DNA of 64,000 nt from contig CAYQLC010000001.1 in assembly GCA_964418325.1 (NCBI GenBank), positions 19,324-83,323 of the forward strand, in the 5' to 3' direction. The notes beneath the pieces were generated by a model. The model made no database searches. It was not told the DNA's origin and saw only the letters and a program-made list of their open reading frames with translations. This stretch comes from an uncultured Bifidobacterium sp. (GTDB lineage Bacteria; Actinomycetota; Actinomycetes; Nanopelagicales; Nanopelagicaceae). Made by a program: the position numbers and the translations under genes. Below, one piece after another: positions 15,411 through 29,227 of the stretch. Numbering within the stretch: position 1 is the stretch's first letter; each line of letters starts with the position of its first letter.

Positions 15411-16865
15411 TTACGCCTCTTCCAGAAGAAGTTTCACATTCCCAGTTTCTTCAGGGATTGGCATTGGATACTTTCCAGTAAAACAAGCGGTACAGAGATT
15501 CGACTCGGCAATATTGGTCGCTTCAATCAATCCTTCCAGCGATACGTACCCCAGAGAGTCGGCGCCAATAGATCTCCGGATTTCTTCAATATCTAAGCCA
15601 GCCGCGATGAGCTCTGCGCGAGTAGCAAAATCTATGCCGAAATAGCAGGGCCATTTAACCGGTGGTGACGAAATTCGCACGTGAATCTCCGCTGCTCCGG
15701 CCTCTCGAAGCATACGAACGATAGCGCGCTGAGTATTTCCCCGAACGATTGAATCATCGACAACGACGATCTTCTTTCCTGCCACAACTTCACGAAGTGG
15801 ATTCAATTTCAAACGGATACCTAATTGTCGAATAGTTTGGCTCGGTTGGATGAATGTGCGGCCTACATATGAATTCTTAACTAATCCAGCACCGTAGGGA
15901 ATCTTCGAATATTTAGCGTAACCAATCGCAGCAGGGGTCCCTGATTCTGGAACTGGGATAACCAAATCTGCTTCAACTGGATGTTCGGCGGCAAGGCGCT
16001 CACCAATGGCAACTCGAACTGGATGAACACTTTGTCCAGCAATCGTGGTGTCTGGTCTTGCTAGATACACATATTCAAAAATGCATCCTCGAGGTTCTGG
16101 AGTTGTCCAATGATGCGACCGTAAACCTGCCTCATCAATTGCTATGAACTCTCCAGGCTCCACTTCCCGAATAAAACTTGCACCAACGATATCTAACGCG
16201 GCAGATTCGCTGGCAATCACCCAGCCGGTCTCGAGTTTGCCAATCACAAGTGGACGAATTCCATGCCGATCTCGTGCGGCGTAAAGAGTGTTCTCATCCA
16301 TGAAGATAAGTGAGAATGCGCCTTGCAAAGTTGGAAGGATAGAGAGCGCATTTGCTTCAACGCTTCCGCTCTTCTCTAAAGAGATTAGTGCGGTCATTAT
16401 CTCAGTATCAGTTGTTGCATGTAGATGATTTTGCGCATCACCAGAACTCTTGTGCAAGCGTTCAGCGAGATCACCAGTGTTTGTCAGATTGCCATTATGC
16501 GCTAGTGCCAAAGTGCCATTCTCTGTTGAACGCAAGGTAGGTTGGGCATTAGCCCAATTGCTCGACCCAGTTGTCGAATAGCGAGTATGCCCAATGGCTA
16601 TTTTTCCTGTGAGAACTGCTAAATCATTTTCGGTGAAGACTTGTGCAACAAGTCCCATATCTTTGTAGACAAGAATTCTTTCACCATCGCTAACGGCGAT
16701 TCCGGCAGATTCTTGGCCACGGTGTTGCAGCGCATAGAGGCCATAGAAAGTGAGTTTTGCTACCTCTTCGCCCGGCGCCCAAACACCAAAGATCCCACAG
16801 GCATCTTGCGGACCCTTCTCACCATCGACCTCGAGTGTGAGCTTCCCATCAGGGCGGCGGACCAT
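15411..16865 (-). CDS. purF: Amidophosphoribosyltransferase
   Basis: Propeptide followed by CGIFGVW (Ntn Cys); the PRPP loop VVVDDSIVRGNT; C-terminal Cys ligands. Confidence 0.92.
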   Translation of the reverse strand: MVRRPDGKLTLEVDGEKGPQDACGIFGVWAPGEEVAKLTFYGLYALQHRGQESAGIAVSDGERILVYKDMGLVAQVFTENDLAVLTGKIAIGHTRYSTTGSSNWANAQPTLRSTENGTLALAHNGNLTNTGDLAERLHKSSGDAQNHLHATTDTEIMTALISLEKSGSVEANALSILPTLQGAFSLIFMDENTLYAARDRHGIRPLVIGKLETGWVIASESAALDIVGASFIREVEPGEFIAIDEAGLRSHHWTTPEPRGCIFEYVYLARPDTTIAGQSVHPVRVAIGERLAAEHPVEADLVIPVPESGTPAAIGYAKYSKIPYGAGLVKNSYVGRTFIQPSQTIRQLGIRLKLNPLREVVAGKKIVVVDDSIVRGNTQRAIVRMLREAGAAEIHVRISSPPVKWPCYFGIDFATRAELIAAGLDIEEIRRSIGADSLGYVSLEGLIEATNIAESNLCTACFTGKYPMPIPEETGNVKLLLEEA

Positions 16866-16884
16866 GCCCTAAATCCTAGTGAAC

Positions 16885-17673
16885 TCAGGCTTGTTTGCGA
16901 ACTTTGCCACCAAGAGCATTGGTAATTTCAGCGGCAGCCTCAACAACCTGACGTCCAAGTTGCTCCACGGCACGAGCTGAGAGATCTCGTTTAATTCCCG
17001 TGGCTGAGATTGCGCCCGCGCAGCGACCATTATGATCAAAAAAAGCAGCGCCAACGCAATAGATCCCATCGCAATCTTCTTCATCATCAATAGCGAAGCC
17101 AACTGAACGAATACGTCGGATATCAGCCATCAACTGACTTAACTCAGTGCGCGTATTCTTCGTTCGCTTTGGCAATCCAGTTTGTTCAATCACCTGTGCA
17201 ATCTCTGCATCACTCATCTGAGCCAACATCGCCTTACCTGCAGAAGAAACGTGGGGTAACTCTCGTGCGCCTAACAAGGTAAGGAATCGAATATTTCCTG
17301 GAGCATCCACACGTGAAACGAAAACGGGATGGCCACCATCATTTATTGATACCCGAATTGTCAACCCAGTTACTCGAGAGAGCCGATGCATAATCGGTTG
17401 GGCAATTTCACCAACTGGGAGATGCCCACCAGCTAAGTCGCCAAGGCGAACGAGTGAAATACCAGGCAAGTACCGCGGCCCAGGTTTCGTTTGTCTTACA
17501 TAACCTGCATCCATCAAGGTTTGTAAGAGCGCGAAAACTGTACTTTTGGATACTCCTAATTCTTTTGTCAGATCACTTAAGGTGAGGCCACTCTGCGGTG
17601 CGGCGGCAATCAAATCCACTAAACGGAGCGCTCGTGCAACGCTGCCAACTTTGTACCGCTCCTTTGTTGCCAT
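16885..17673 (-). CDS. IclR-family transcriptional regulator
   Basis: VARALRLVDLIAAAPQSGLTLSDLTKELGVSKSTVFALLQTLMDAGYV is an HTH, followed by an IclR effector domain. ATG 17673 has GAGG 6 nt upstream and is preferred over the longer ORF start at 17691. Confidence 0.8.
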   Translation of the reverse strand: MATKERYKVGSVARALRLVDLIAAAPQSGLTLSDLTKELGVSKSTVFALLQTLMDAGYVRQTKPGPRYLPGISLVRLGDLAGGHLPVGEIAQPIMHRLSRVTGLTIRVSINDGGHPVFVSRVDAPGNIRFLTLLGARELPHVSSAGKAMLAQMSDAEIAQVIEQTGLPKRTKNTRTELSQLMADIRRIRSVGFAIDDEEDCDGIYCVGAAFFDHNGRCAGAISATGIKRDLSARAVEQLGRQVVEAAAEITNALGGKVRKQA

Positions 17674-17781
17674 CGATAACCTCACATTCACTGCGTCTTG
17701 ACATATGAACTATGTCGGGAGAGGGTAGTAATACCAAATGCTGTTCGGCAAGACCTAATCTTATTGCATGGAGGATTTGCG

Positions 17782-19497
17782 GTGCGAAGTAGTGAATGGT
17801 TCCAGGGCAACGACGAAACCGCAGTGTCACATCGCGTTGTCATGCGATCAGTTGGCCACGAAGTTCCCGCTGACAATACTAAACCAATAATTGGTATCGC
17901 AGATTCATCAAGTGATCTAAACCCCTGCAACCTGCCACTTCGTGCCCTTGTCGAAGATGTGAAGGCAGGAATTCTGGAAGCCGGCGGTATTCCAGTGGCG
18001 TTTCCAGTAATTTCGCTGGGAGAAGACTTAATGAAAGCAAGTGCAATGCTCTATCGAAACTTGCTCTCCATCGAAATTGAAGAGAATTTACGCTCCTATC
18101 CGCTAGATGGCATTGTGCTTCTGGCTAATTGCGACAAAAGCGTGCCTGGTGCGCTGATGGGCGCATTGAGCGCTGACTTACCAACAATCATGGTGACGGC
18201 TGGCGCTCGACCTGCACCATTTTTCAAAGGCAAGAAAGTTGGAACGGGAACCGATTTGTGGCGCGCATTAGATGATTGGCGCGCCGGTCGAATGTCAGAT
18301 GAAGAGTGGCGTGAATTTGAAGAGTGTTTAAGTTGCGGTTTAGGTTCGTGTAACACCATGGGCACTGCTAGCTCGGTGGCATTGATGACGGAGATGCTTG
18401 GATTTATGTTGCCTGGAAGCGCAACTATCCCCGCAAATACCGATGAGCGTCGAGATGCTGCCCGTGCATCAGGTAGAAGAATCGTGGAAATGGTGGGAGA
18501 AAATCTCATACCTTCGGAGATTGCCAAACCTGAATCATTTAGAAATGCAATTCGCTTACTCCACGCAATTGGTGGATCTACCAATGCAATTATTCACCTA
18601 TTTGCCTGCGCAGGACGGATTGGTGGCGAGATAACAGTTGAAGATATCAACTCGTTGGGCTCTGGAATTCCGGTTCTTGCAGATGTTGAACCCTCTGGAA
18701 GATTCTTAATTCAAGATTTTCATAAAGCTGGTGGATTACCGCAACTCTTGAAACGAATTGAAACACTGATGGAATTAGAGGCCTTGGCCGTGACTGGAAA
18801 ACCTTGGCGCGATGAAATCTCATCTGAGATTATTGCCAACGAAGCAATGCGTGATAACGATAATCCGCTCCGCCAAGATGGCGCATTTGCACTACTTAAA
18901 GGGAACATCGCGCCTAACGGAACTCTCTTAAAAGTGTCTGCTGCATCACCAGAATTGTTTACACATACTGGTCCTGCATTTATCTTCGAAGGCTATGCCG
19001 AGATGCGCGAGAAGCTGGAAGATCCAAATCTTCCGGTAACAAAAGATTCGGTCTTGATATTGCGAGGGTGTGGCGCTGTAGGCGTGCCAGGTATGCCTGA
19101 ATGGGGCATGATTCCTATTCCACGCAAACTTGCGGCTGAAGGTGTAAAAGACATGATTCGCATAACTGACGCAAGAATGTCTGGCACCTCATTTGGTGTC
19201 TGTCTTCTTCACGTCTCACCAGAGGCGGCGGTTGGTGGACCGCTAGCACTTATTGAAAATGGCGACATCATTGAAATTGATGTCGATAAACGATCAGTGA
19301 ACGTCCGGCTTAGCGAGGCAGAGTTAGATGCGCGGCGTGCTAAGTGGAAAGGCTTCCAGAGCGAACACCTTCGGGGGTGGCCTCTGCTCTATCAACAACA
19401 CGTACTCCAACCTGATCAAGGTTGTGATTTGGATTTCCTACAAGCCCCGACAAAAGCACATCGCCGTTTTGTGCCTCCGGTGGTGGGAAGGTCGTAA
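17782..19497 (+). CDS. IlvD/Edd-family dehydratase (likely sugar-acid dehydratase)
   Basis: RSSEWFQGNDETAVSHR..KPIIGIADSSSDLNPCN..SCGLGSCNTMGTASS.. is the IlvD/Edd pattern. Start set at GTG 17782 (GGAGGA 6 nt upstream). The longest ORF start at 17698 would abut the iclR promoter. Confidence 0.8.
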   Translation: MRSSEWFQGNDETAVSHRVVMRSVGHEVPADNTKPIIGIADSSSDLNPCNLPLRALVEDVKAGILEAGGIPVAFPVISLGEDLMKASAMLYRNLLSIEIEENLRSYPLDGIVLLANCDKSVPGALMGALSADLPTIMVTAGARPAPFFKGKKVGTGTDLWRALDDWRAGRMSDEEWREFEECLSCGLGSCNTMGTASSVALMTEMLGFMLPGSATIPANTDERRDAARASGRRIVEMVGENLIPSEIAKPESFRNAIRLLHAIGGSTNAIIHLFACAGRIGGEITVEDINSLGSGIPVLADVEPSGRFLIQDFHKAGGLPQLLKRIETLMELEALAVTGKPWRDEISSEIIANEAMRDNDNPLRQDGAFALLKGNIAPNGTLLKVSAASPELFTHTGPAFIFEGYAEMREKLEDPNLPVTKDSVLILRGCGAVGVPGMPEWGMIPIPRKLAAEGVKDMIRITDARMSGTSFGVCLLHVSPEAAVGGPLALIENGDIIEIDVDKRSVNVRLSEAELDARRAKWKGFQSEHLRGWPLLYQQHVLQPDQGCDLDFLQAPTKAHRRFVPPVVGRS

Positions 19498-19604
19498 CGA
19501 CCACGCGGGTATTCGGTGTAGCGAAATTTCCGATATACAGGAATTATCGAGGAAAATACTATTAGGGGCCTATATAAAGGCCGGACAGGGGACTAGAAGA
19601 ACTC

Positions 19605-20510
19605 ATGCAAAAACCATTACACGGGGTTTTCTCCGTCCTCTCTACTCCATTCACAGCTGATGATTCAATCGATCATGACGTTTTGAAGAAAGAGATCGAC
19701 TGGCTAATCGATACCAAAGTTGATGGCTTTGTCTTGGCGATGGTCTCCGAGGTGCTCAGACTTGCCGCACATGAACGGAGAGAGTTAGCGCAAAGCGTTA
19801 TCGCCTCCGCTAAAGGTCGAGTGCCACTAGTTACCAGCGTGGGAGCCGAAAGTACCAAGATCGCTACCCAACTTGCCCAATGGGCGCAGGAAGATGGTGC
19901 GGCAGCAGTCATGGCAACGCCACCAAGTGCGTTCGCCCCACTATCAAGTGAAGTCGCTAAGTACTACATCGCAATTATCGAAAGCGTTTCGATACCTGTC
20001 ATTGTTCAAGATGCAAGCAACTACGTCGGCCATCCTCTAGAAATCTCTCTCTATGTTGAATTGATTGATAAATATGGAGAAGACCGAGTGCAATTTAAAC
20101 CTGAAGCTAAACCTGTCGCAGAGCGATTACAGCAATTGAAAGATGCTAGCGGAGCTAGAGCGCGGGTATTTGAAGGTCAGGGTGGTGCAGACTTGATGGA
20201 CACCTATCCGATTGGAATTGTCGGAACTATGCCTGGCGCTGAAATTCCGTGGGGCCTTGTTGCGCTTTGGAACGCACTCGAATCGGGAGACATGAAACGG
20301 GCCGCTGAGATTCATGCCCCTATTGCAAAGATGGTTTCACATCAGACGACTCTTGATTCCTATGTCGCTGTAGAAAAATATCTCCTTGTTAAACAGGGAA
20401 TTTTCACCAACACTCGGCAACGTGGACCAGTCAGCGTCATTCTTGACAAGACGATTACCGATGCAATCGATGCCGCTTATGCCGATTTAGAGCGAGTAGT
20501 TAAGCGCTAA
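19605..20510 (+). CDS. DapA/DHDPS-family lyase (probable 2-keto-3-deoxy-sugar-acid aldolase or dehydratase)
   Basis: [38 protein letters not shown].. shows the DHDPS-family N-terminus. The context (IclR regulator plus IlvD-like dehydratase) supports the call. Confidence 0.65.
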   Translation: MQKPLHGVFSVLSTPFTADDSIDHDVLKKEIDWLIDTKVDGFVLAMVSEVLRLAAHERRELAQSVIASAKGRVPLVTSVGAESTKIATQLAQWAQEDGAAAVMATPPSAFAPLSSEVAKYYIAIIESVSIPVIVQDASNYVGHPLEISLYVELIDKYGEDRVQFKPEAKPVAERLQQLKDASGARARVFEGQGGADLMDTYPIGIVGTMPGAEIPWGLVALWNALESGDMKRAAEIHAPIAKMVSHQTTLDSYVAVEKYLLVKQGIFTNTRQRGPVSVILDKTITDAIDAAYADLERVVKR

Positions 20511-22734
20511 ATAAGGCAGGAATAGTCCGTTGATTTGCCTCACGGATATGTAACATCGACATCGATAGCACTCCTGTGATCTCTAGGCTCTCGCCACCGG
20601 ATACGCCTAATCTCGTCGTGGTGATGCCAGCTTCAGTCGCCTTACCAACTAGATAATTCGAATCCTCGAGATTGACTGCTAGCAGGATTCTGCCCGCACT
20701 CTCACTAAATAGATGCATAAATGGATCCCCGTGAATTGAAATTTTCGCTCCCGTCTGAGAATGAAGCAGCATCTCGACGAGCGCTACTGCCAATCCTCCA
20801 TCAGAAAGATCATGGGCCGCAGCTATGTAGTCGCGCTGAGCATGCATAAATTCCGCTAACAGCATCTCTTTCTTCAAATCTACTCGAGGCGGGATTCCAC
20901 CAAGGTGGCCTTGCAGATCGGCCCACTCACCACCTGATAACTCTTCTAGCGTCTCACCCAGAAGTATGAGCTCTTTTTCGCCCGTGAATTTGAATGAAAT
21001 CGCTTTACGAACATCGTCAATGACACCTAATACACCTATTACTGGTGTCGGTAAAATCGCAACTTCTCCCGTTTGATTGTAGAAAGAGACATTGCCACCC
21101 GTTACGGGTAAGCCCATTTCCAGCGCGCCATCTGCGAGAGCCCGTACGCTCTCAGCGAATTGCCACATAACTCCTGGATCTTCTGGTGAACCAAAATTTA
21201 GGCAATTGGTAATTGCTAACGGCTTTGCACCGGTAACCGCTACATTCCGAAAACTTTCAGCTAAGGCTAATTGCGTTCCCTGATATGGATCTAATTTACA
21301 AAATCTTCCATTGCAATCAGTAGAAACGGCAACACCAAGAAAACTAAGCTCGTCTATCCGAATCACTGCCGCATCACTCGGTCCGGCCGCGACAGTGTTG
21401 CCTTGTACATATCTGTCATATTGCGAAGTAATCCAACTTTTGTCGGACATATTCGGGGAGGAAATTAATTGCAGTATTGCCTCAGCAAGTTCTTTTTCAG
21501 ACTCTGGACGTTTGAGATTCTCTGCTCCATCTAAAACTAGCGCCTCCTGGGAGGTCGGTCTATGGAAAGGTCGATTATAAACCGGACCATCGTGTGCAAC
21601 CGTTCGTGGAGGTACATCAACAATTAATTCCCCACACCATGTGATCTCCAGATGTTTCCCGGAGGTGACTTCACCTATCACGGTTGCCACCACATCCCAT
21701 TTCTTACAGATCTCCATAAAGCGTGCGATCCTGTTCGGAGGCACAATTGCGCACATACGCTCTTGTGATTCACTCATCAAAATCTCTTCGGGTGAGAGAT
21801 TTGCATCGCGAAGTGGGACGCAATCAAGTTCGATACGCATACCTCCAGCGCCTGCCGATGCCAATTCACTAGTCGCACATGAGAGCCCAGCTCCCCCAAG
21901 ATCTTGGATACCAACAACTAAGTCTTCTTTAAAAATCTCCAGCGAACACTCGATCAATACTTTTTCCATAAAAGGATCGCCAACTTGAACCGCTGGCCTT
22001 TTTGTTGGTTTTTTAGCATCAAAAGTTTCGCTCGCTAAAACAGATACGCCACCGATTCCATCACCACCAGTTTTTGCTCCAAAAAGTACGACTAGATTTC
22101 CGGCTCCTGATGCCTTCGCCAATTTAATATCTTCATGTTTCATCACGCCTACACATAGTGCGTTGACCAAAGGATTTCCTAGGTAAGACTTATCAAAAAT
22201 TACTTCGCCACCAACAGTTGGTACTCCGATGCAATTACCATAACCACCGATGCCTGCAACAACTCCTGGTAGTACTCGTTTGGTATCTGGTGCGTCAGCA
22301 GGACCAAAGCGAAGTGGATCGAGGATTGCTACCGGTCGCGCGCCCATCGTGAGAATGTCCCGAACAATTCCCCCCACGCCGGTGGCAGCGCCTTGATATG
22401 GCTCAATAAATGATGGGTGATTGTGTGACTCCACCTTGAACGTCACTGCATAGCCTTGACCAACATCCACAACACCAGCGTTCTCGCCGATTCCTACAAG
22501 CAATGCATCCGACTTTGGAGCTTTCTCACCAAACTGGCGTAAATGAATTTTCGATGATTTATAAGAGCAATGTTCACTCCACATAACTGAGTACATCGCT
22601 AATTCACTTGATGTGGGTCGTCGCCCCAAAATCTCGCGTATCCGAAGGTACTCATCTTCTTTCAATCCCAATTCACGCCAAGGTTGAGCAGAATTAGGAG
22701 TAACACTTGCTATCGCAACTGTGTCTAATGCCAT
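20500..22734 (-). CDS. purL: Phosphoribosylformylglycinamidine synthase subunit PurL (FGAM synthase II)
   Basis: ..[37 protein letters not shown].. are hallmark motifs. ATG 22734 lies 2 nt after the purQ stop (alternative TTG at 22740). Confidence 0.92.
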   Translation of the reverse strand: MALDTVAIASVTPNSAQPWRELGLKEDEYLRIREILGRRPTSSELAMYSVMWSEHCSYKSSKIHLRQFGEKAPKSDALLVGIGENAGVVDVGQGYAVTFKVESHNHPSFIEPYQGAATGVGGIVRDILTMGARPVAILDPLRFGPADAPDTKRVLPGVVAGIGGYGNCIGVPTVGGEVIFDKSYLGNPLVNALCVGVMKHEDIKLAKASGAGNLVVLFGAKTGGDGIGGVSVLASETFDAKKPTKRPAVQVGDPFMEKVLIECSLEIFKEDLVVGIQDLGGAGLSCATSELASAGAGGMRIELDCVPLRDANLSPEEILMSESQERMCAIVPPNRIARFMEICKKWDVVATVIGEVTSGKHLEITWCGELIVDVPPRTVAHDGPVYNRPFHRPTSQEALVLDGAENLKRPESEKELAEAILQLISSPNMSDKSWITSQYDRYVQGNTVAAGPSDAAVIRIDELSFLGVAVSTDCNGRFCKLDPYQGTQLALAESFRNVAVTGAKPLAITNCLNFGSPEDPGVMWQFAESVRALADGALEMGLPVTGGNVSFYNQTGEVAILPTPVIGVLGVIDDVRKAISFKFTGEKELILLGETLEELSGGEWADLQGHLGGIPPRVDLKKEMLLAEFMHAQRDYIAAAHDLSDGGLAVALVEMLLHSQTGAKISIHGDPFMHLFSESAGRILLAVNLEDSNYLVGKATEAGITTTRLGVSGGESLEITGVLSMSMLHIREANQRTIPALFSA

Positions 22735-22736
22735 CT

Positions 22737-23402
22737 TCAAACCCGAGATTTCATGAGAGAAGTAAAAAAGGCCAGACCATCTGCCGTTGGACCAGTCAAA
22801 GAATCAATAGCATGTTCGGGGTGCGGCATTATGCCCACTACATTTCCGCGCGCGTTAGTAATTCCGGCGATTGAATTCTTCGAGCCATTTGGATTAACCC
22901 CTACATAGCGTGCGATTATGCGGTTGTTACTCTCTAAATCATGCAGAGTTTGGTCATCACATTGGTAAGAACCTTCGCCATTCTTAAGTGGGATGGTGAT
23001 TCGATCGCCTTTGGCAAAGTCGGCAGTCCAAACGCTTTCGTTATTGATGATTTCAATCTCTTGGTCGCGGCATAAAAAATGCAAATCACTATTGCGGGTC
23101 AGAGCGCCAGGTAGAAGATGTGACTCGCAAAGCACTTGGAAACCATTACAAATTCCCAATACTGGCAGGCCTTTTTCTGCTGCAGGAATTATCTCGCTCA
23201 TAATGGGAGAGAATCGAGCAATCGCACCACACCGCAGATAATCGCCATACGAAAATCCACCCGGCAGTATTACCCCAGAAACATTTTTTAAATCTCTGGT
23301 TCCATGCCAAAGCGATATAGCTTCACCACCGGCATAACGTACAGCTCGCGCAGCATCATGATCATCTAGTGTTCCGGGAAAGGTGACTACGCCTACCCGC
23401 AT
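22737..23402 (-). CDS. purQ: FGAM synthase glutaminase subunit PurQ
   Basis: [26 protein letters not shown] is the class-I amidotransferase triad. The start overlaps the purS stop (TAATG). Confidence 0.9.
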   Translation of the reverse strand: MRVGVVTFPGTLDDHDAARAVRYAGGEAISLWHGTRDLKNVSGVILPGGFSYGDYLRCGAIARFSPIMSEIIPAAEKGLPVLGICNGFQVLCESHLLPGALTRNSDLHFLCRDQEIEIINNESVWTADFAKGDRITIPLKNGEGSYQCDDQTLHDLESNNRIIARYVGVNPNGSKNSIAGITNARGNVVGIMPHPEHAIDSLTGPTADGLAFFTSLMKSRV

Positions 23403-23650
23403 TAATTTTCCACTCGAATAGTGAAGGTTTCGATGACGGGATTGGAAAGAAGAGTTGACGCTGCGCTCTCGATTTCTTGTAATTCTTCGCTGGTCGGCGA
23501 ATGCTCAAGTGTGATGATAAAACTTTTTCCTTGACGAACTGAGGTTGGCGAGAATGTAAATCCCATTCGAGGAAGAGCCCGCGATATTGCATCACCTTGC
23601 GGATCAAGAATCTCATCTTTGAGTACTACATCAACGATTACCCTCGCCAC
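23402..23650 (-). CDS. purS: FGAM synthase subunit PurS
   Basis: 82 aa, ..[20 protein letters not shown].., positioned between purC and purQ. GTG start. Confidence 0.85.
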   Translation of the reverse strand: MARVIVDVVLKDEILDPQGDAISRALPRMGFTFSPTSVRQGKSFIITLEHSPTSEELQEIESAASTLLSNPVIETFTIRVEN

Positions 23651-23671
23651 ATCTCTATCCTATGGGAGAAA

Positions 23672-24514
23672 CTACTGAAATTTCTCTCCTGTCAATGCGG
23701 CGTACGCCTCACCATATCTCGCTCGTGTCTTCTCCACCACCTCATCGGGTAGCGAAGGTGGTGGGCTCTTTCGATCCCAACCAATGCTCGTCAACCAGTC
23801 GCGAAGGTACTGCTTGTCATACGATGGCTGTGCGCCGCCAGGCCGCCAGCTATCGGCTGGCCAGAAACGCGAAGAATCAGGTGTGAGCACTTCGTCAGCA
23901 AGAACAATTTCGCCATCTTCATCCGAACCAAATTCAAACTTGGTATCAGCGATGATAATCCCCCGATTACTTGCATATTCCTGAGCGTGTGAATAGATAG
24001 CAAGGGTGAGTCGACGCAATTCCGAGGCGACCGGCTCTCCAATCTGTTTAGCTGCCTGGCTGAACGAAATGTTCTCATCATGTTCACCTATCTCAGCCTT
24101 TGTCGCGGGGGTAAAAATGGGCTCTGGTAATTGGGACCCATCGAGTAAACCGGTGGGGAGAGCTATCCCGCAGACTTCTTGGCTCTTTTGATATTCAACC
24201 CAGCCAGAACCAGTGAGATAACCCCGAGCCACACATTCAACTGGAAATATCGATAACGACTTACAGATGATTGCTCGTCCTTTCACTTCCTCTGGAACAT
24301 CAGTAGAGATGACGTGATTTGGAACTAAATGAGAGAGCTTGTTAAACCAAAAGAGTGAGAGTTGGGTAAGCAGACGCCCTTTATCGGGAATCGGTGTTGG
24401 CATAATCCAGTCATAAGCACTGATGCGATCTGATGCAACGAGCAGAATCTCGCCTGCATCGTTAATGAATAAATCTCGAACTTTGCCGCTTTTCAGCGGA
24501 CGCCATCCGTTCAC
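23672..24514 (-). CDS. purC: SAICAR synthase
   Basis: ..SGKVRDLF..LLVASDRISAYD..IIADTKFEFG.. are typical of PurC. The GTG start overlaps the purB stop (GTGA). Confidence 0.9.
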   Translation of the reverse strand: MNGWRPLKSGKVRDLFINDAGEILLVASDRISAYDWIMPTPIPDKGRLLTQLSLFWFNKLSHLVPNHVISTDVPEEVKGRAIICKSLSIFPVECVARGYLTGSGWVEYQKSQEVCGIALPTGLLDGSQLPEPIFTPATKAEIGEHDENISFSQAAKQIGEPVASELRRLTLAIYSHAQEYASNRGIIIADTKFEFGSDEDGEIVLADEVLTPDSSRFWPADSWRPGGAQPSYDKQYLRDWLTSIGWDRKSPPPSLPDEVVEKTRARYGEAYAALTGEKFQ

Positions 24515-25926
24515 CGAATCGCACCAGGCCGATATTGCGCTGCCTGCGGGTATCGAGCGGTAATCTCCGAGACTCGAGCTATCACTTGTAACGTCTGTGA
24601 GCGGGCCACCCCAGTGAATTCAAGGGGCTCGGAGATAAGCGCTTTTAACTCCGAAATATCGAGTGGTATGCGCGAATCATTCGCGATTCGTTCGAGCAAA
24701 TCATTGACACCGCCACCACGCAAGGCTGCAACTGTAGCAATCGAATGCTCCTTGATTACTTCATGCGCACTCTCTCGACCAATCCCCTTTTTCACTGCTG
24801 CCATCAGAATCTTTGTCGTTGCCAGGAATGGGAGATTCTTCTCTAACTCTAAATCAATAGCTTTAGTGAATACTCCTAATTCATCAAGCACTGTAAGCGC
24901 CGTTTCAAGTAATCCATCAATAGCAAAGAAGGCATCTGGTAACGCGACCCTACGAACCACGCTGCATGCAACATCACCTTCATTCCACTGCGAGCCAGCG
25001 AGTTCTGATATTGCTACCGAATAGCCACGCAACAGGGCTGTGAATCCGTTGATTCTCTCACTTGATCGTGCGTTCATCTTATGCGGCATGGCAGAAGAAC
25101 CAACTTGGCCAGCTTGAAAACCTTCCGTAGCCAACTCCGCACCAGCCATTAAACGAAGAGTGGTAGCCATATTTGATGGTGCCGCGGCAAGTTGTAAAAG
25201 CGCCGAAACGACATCAAAATCAAAAGAACGCGGATAAATTTGACCAACAGAATCAAGAATGTTCTCGAAACCTAAATGACTGGCAATATTTTTATCTAGC
25301 GCTGCCAATCGATTTGTGTCACCATCAAAGAGATCTAACGCATCTTGTGCCGTACCGACTGGTCCTTTAAGACCACGCAACGGAAGACGGGATAACAAAT
25401 CTTCGAGTCTTTGAAATGCAAAAAGCCCCTCTTCAGCAAAGGTGGCAAATCGCTTGCCCACAGTGGTGATCTGAGCTGGGACGTTGTGAGAGCGACCAGC
25501 AATAGGTTGATCTATATACTCGCCCGCTCTCTTAGAAAAGGCAGCAAGTAACGCTACATATTTATCACGCACCAAAAGAAGCGCAGTTCTAATTTGAAGC
25601 GCCTCCACCGATTCAGTGAGGTCACGACTTGTCATGCCAGCGTGAATTGCCTGATATCCAGCAAGAGCATTGAATTCTTCAATTCGAGCTTTTACATCAT
25701 GACGTAATTTTTTTTCACGAGCATCGATTGCCGCTAAATCCACTTGATGAGTTACCTTCTCATAAGCGGCAATCACCGCAGGATTGATTGGTAAACCGAG
25801 CTCCTGCTGCGCCTTGAGTACCGCTATCCAAAGCTTTCTTTCGTTGATAATTTTTGCTTCGGGAGCCCAAATCACGCACATCGCATCGCTTGCATATCTA
25901 CTTGCGAGCGTGGATGGGATACTCAT
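24511..25926 (-). CDS. purB: Adenylosuccinate lyase
   Basis: MSIPSTLASRYASDAMCVIW.. aligns from residue 1 with M. tuberculosis PurB as I recall it (MTIPNVLATRYAS..), and contains GSSAMPHKMN. The longest ORF (GTG 25944) adds 6 residues. Confidence 0.9.
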   Translation of the reverse strand: MSIPSTLASRYASDAMCVIWAPEAKIINERKLWIAVLKAQQELGLPINPAVIAAYEKVTHQVDLAAIDAREKKLRHDVKARIEEFNALAGYQAIHAGMTSRDLTESVEALQIRTALLLVRDKYVALLAAFSKRAGEYIDQPIAGRSHNVPAQITTVGKRFATFAEEGLFAFQRLEDLLSRLPLRGLKGPVGTAQDALDLFDGDTNRLAALDKNIASHLGFENILDSVGQIYPRSFDFDVVSALLQLAAAPSNMATTLRLMAGAELATEGFQAGQVGSSAMPHKMNARSSERINGFTALLRGYSVAISELAGSQWNEGDVACSVVRRVALPDAFFAIDGLLETALTVLDELGVFTKAIDLELEKNLPFLATTKILMAAVKKGIGRESAHEVIKEHSIATVAALRGGGVNDLLERIANDSRIPLDISELKALISEPLEFTGVARSQTLQVIARVSEITARYPQAAQYRPGAIR

Positions 25927-25944
25927 AGCGCTATTGTCGACCAC

Positions 25945-28478
<2,534 letters not shown>

Positions 28479-28606
28479 TTATATAAGCCTTTCAACGGAG
28501 CCTAAGGGTGTAAATCTTCGCTGGTCACTCAGGAAGGCTTACGCCCAATAATTTCATAGATTGTGCCGTTGGGAAAATTACGCGCCGACCCGCGTAAGGT
28601 GGCGCT

Positions 28607-29224
28607 GTGACCCTGGCCGACTTCCTCAACCCTGAGGCGATTGTCACCGGTCTAGGGACTGTTGGCGTGGTGGTCACCCTCTTTATCGAAGTCGGGCTAC
28701 TCGTCGGGATCGTGCTCCCGGGGGATTCACTCCTTTTTGTGGCAGGGCTTGCAGCAGGGACTGATGCCTTTGGCTTTCAACTCTCGCTTACCGCTCTTCT
28801 GATCTTTTGTCCGATCGCCGCATTTCTTGGCTCCGAGTTGGGTTACTACATCGGTGTTCGCTATGGACGTTCACTATTTACTCGACCTGATGGTCGAATC
28901 TTCAATCAAGAACGGGTTCGCTACGCAGAACATTGGTTTAATCGTTATGGACCAGGTAAGGCGATCATCTTTGGTCGCTATGTACCAATCGTGCGCACCT
29001 TGATGAGTCCACTTGCCGGTATTCTCAAGATGGATAAGAAGAGATTTACTTTTTGGAATGCCTTAAGTGCCGTTATATGGACTACTTCAATTTTGATCGT
29101 GGGTTATTTGTTAGGCGAACGGGTTTCAGGCTCTATTGATAAATATTTAATTCCGATTGTTGGAGTTTTGATTATTCTTAGTTTGATTCCCATTATTCGT
29201 GAGTTGCTCAAGAAAAAGAAGTAG
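28607..29224 (+). CDS. DedA/VTT-family membrane protein
   Basis: ..LPGDSLLFVAG.. ..FGRYVPIVRT.. is a DedA signature with 4-5 TM segments. GTG start. Confidence 0.75.
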   Translation: MTLADFLNPEAIVTGLGTVGVVVTLFIEVGLLVGIVLPGDSLLFVAGLAAGTDAFGFQLSLTALLIFCPIAAFLGSELGYYIGVRYGRSLFTRPDGRIFNQERVRYAEHWFNRYGPGKAIIFGRYVPIVRTLMSPLAGILKMDKKRFTFWNALSAVIWTTSILIVGYLLGERVSGSIDKYLIPIVGVLIILSLIPIIRELLKKKK

Positions 29225-29227
29225 GTT

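Noticed and set aside
17573-17930. Minus-strand ORFs (17573-17830, 17688-17930) in the iclR / dehydratase divergent region
   Set aside because: They overlap the 5' ends of two motif-supported genes in alternative frames. The 108-nt gap that remains after start refinement is a normal divergent promoter region.
19328-19660. 110-aa ORF bridging the IlvD-like and DapA-like genes
   Set aside because: It is out of frame with both well-supported genes and overlaps their ends. It has no recognisable motifs.
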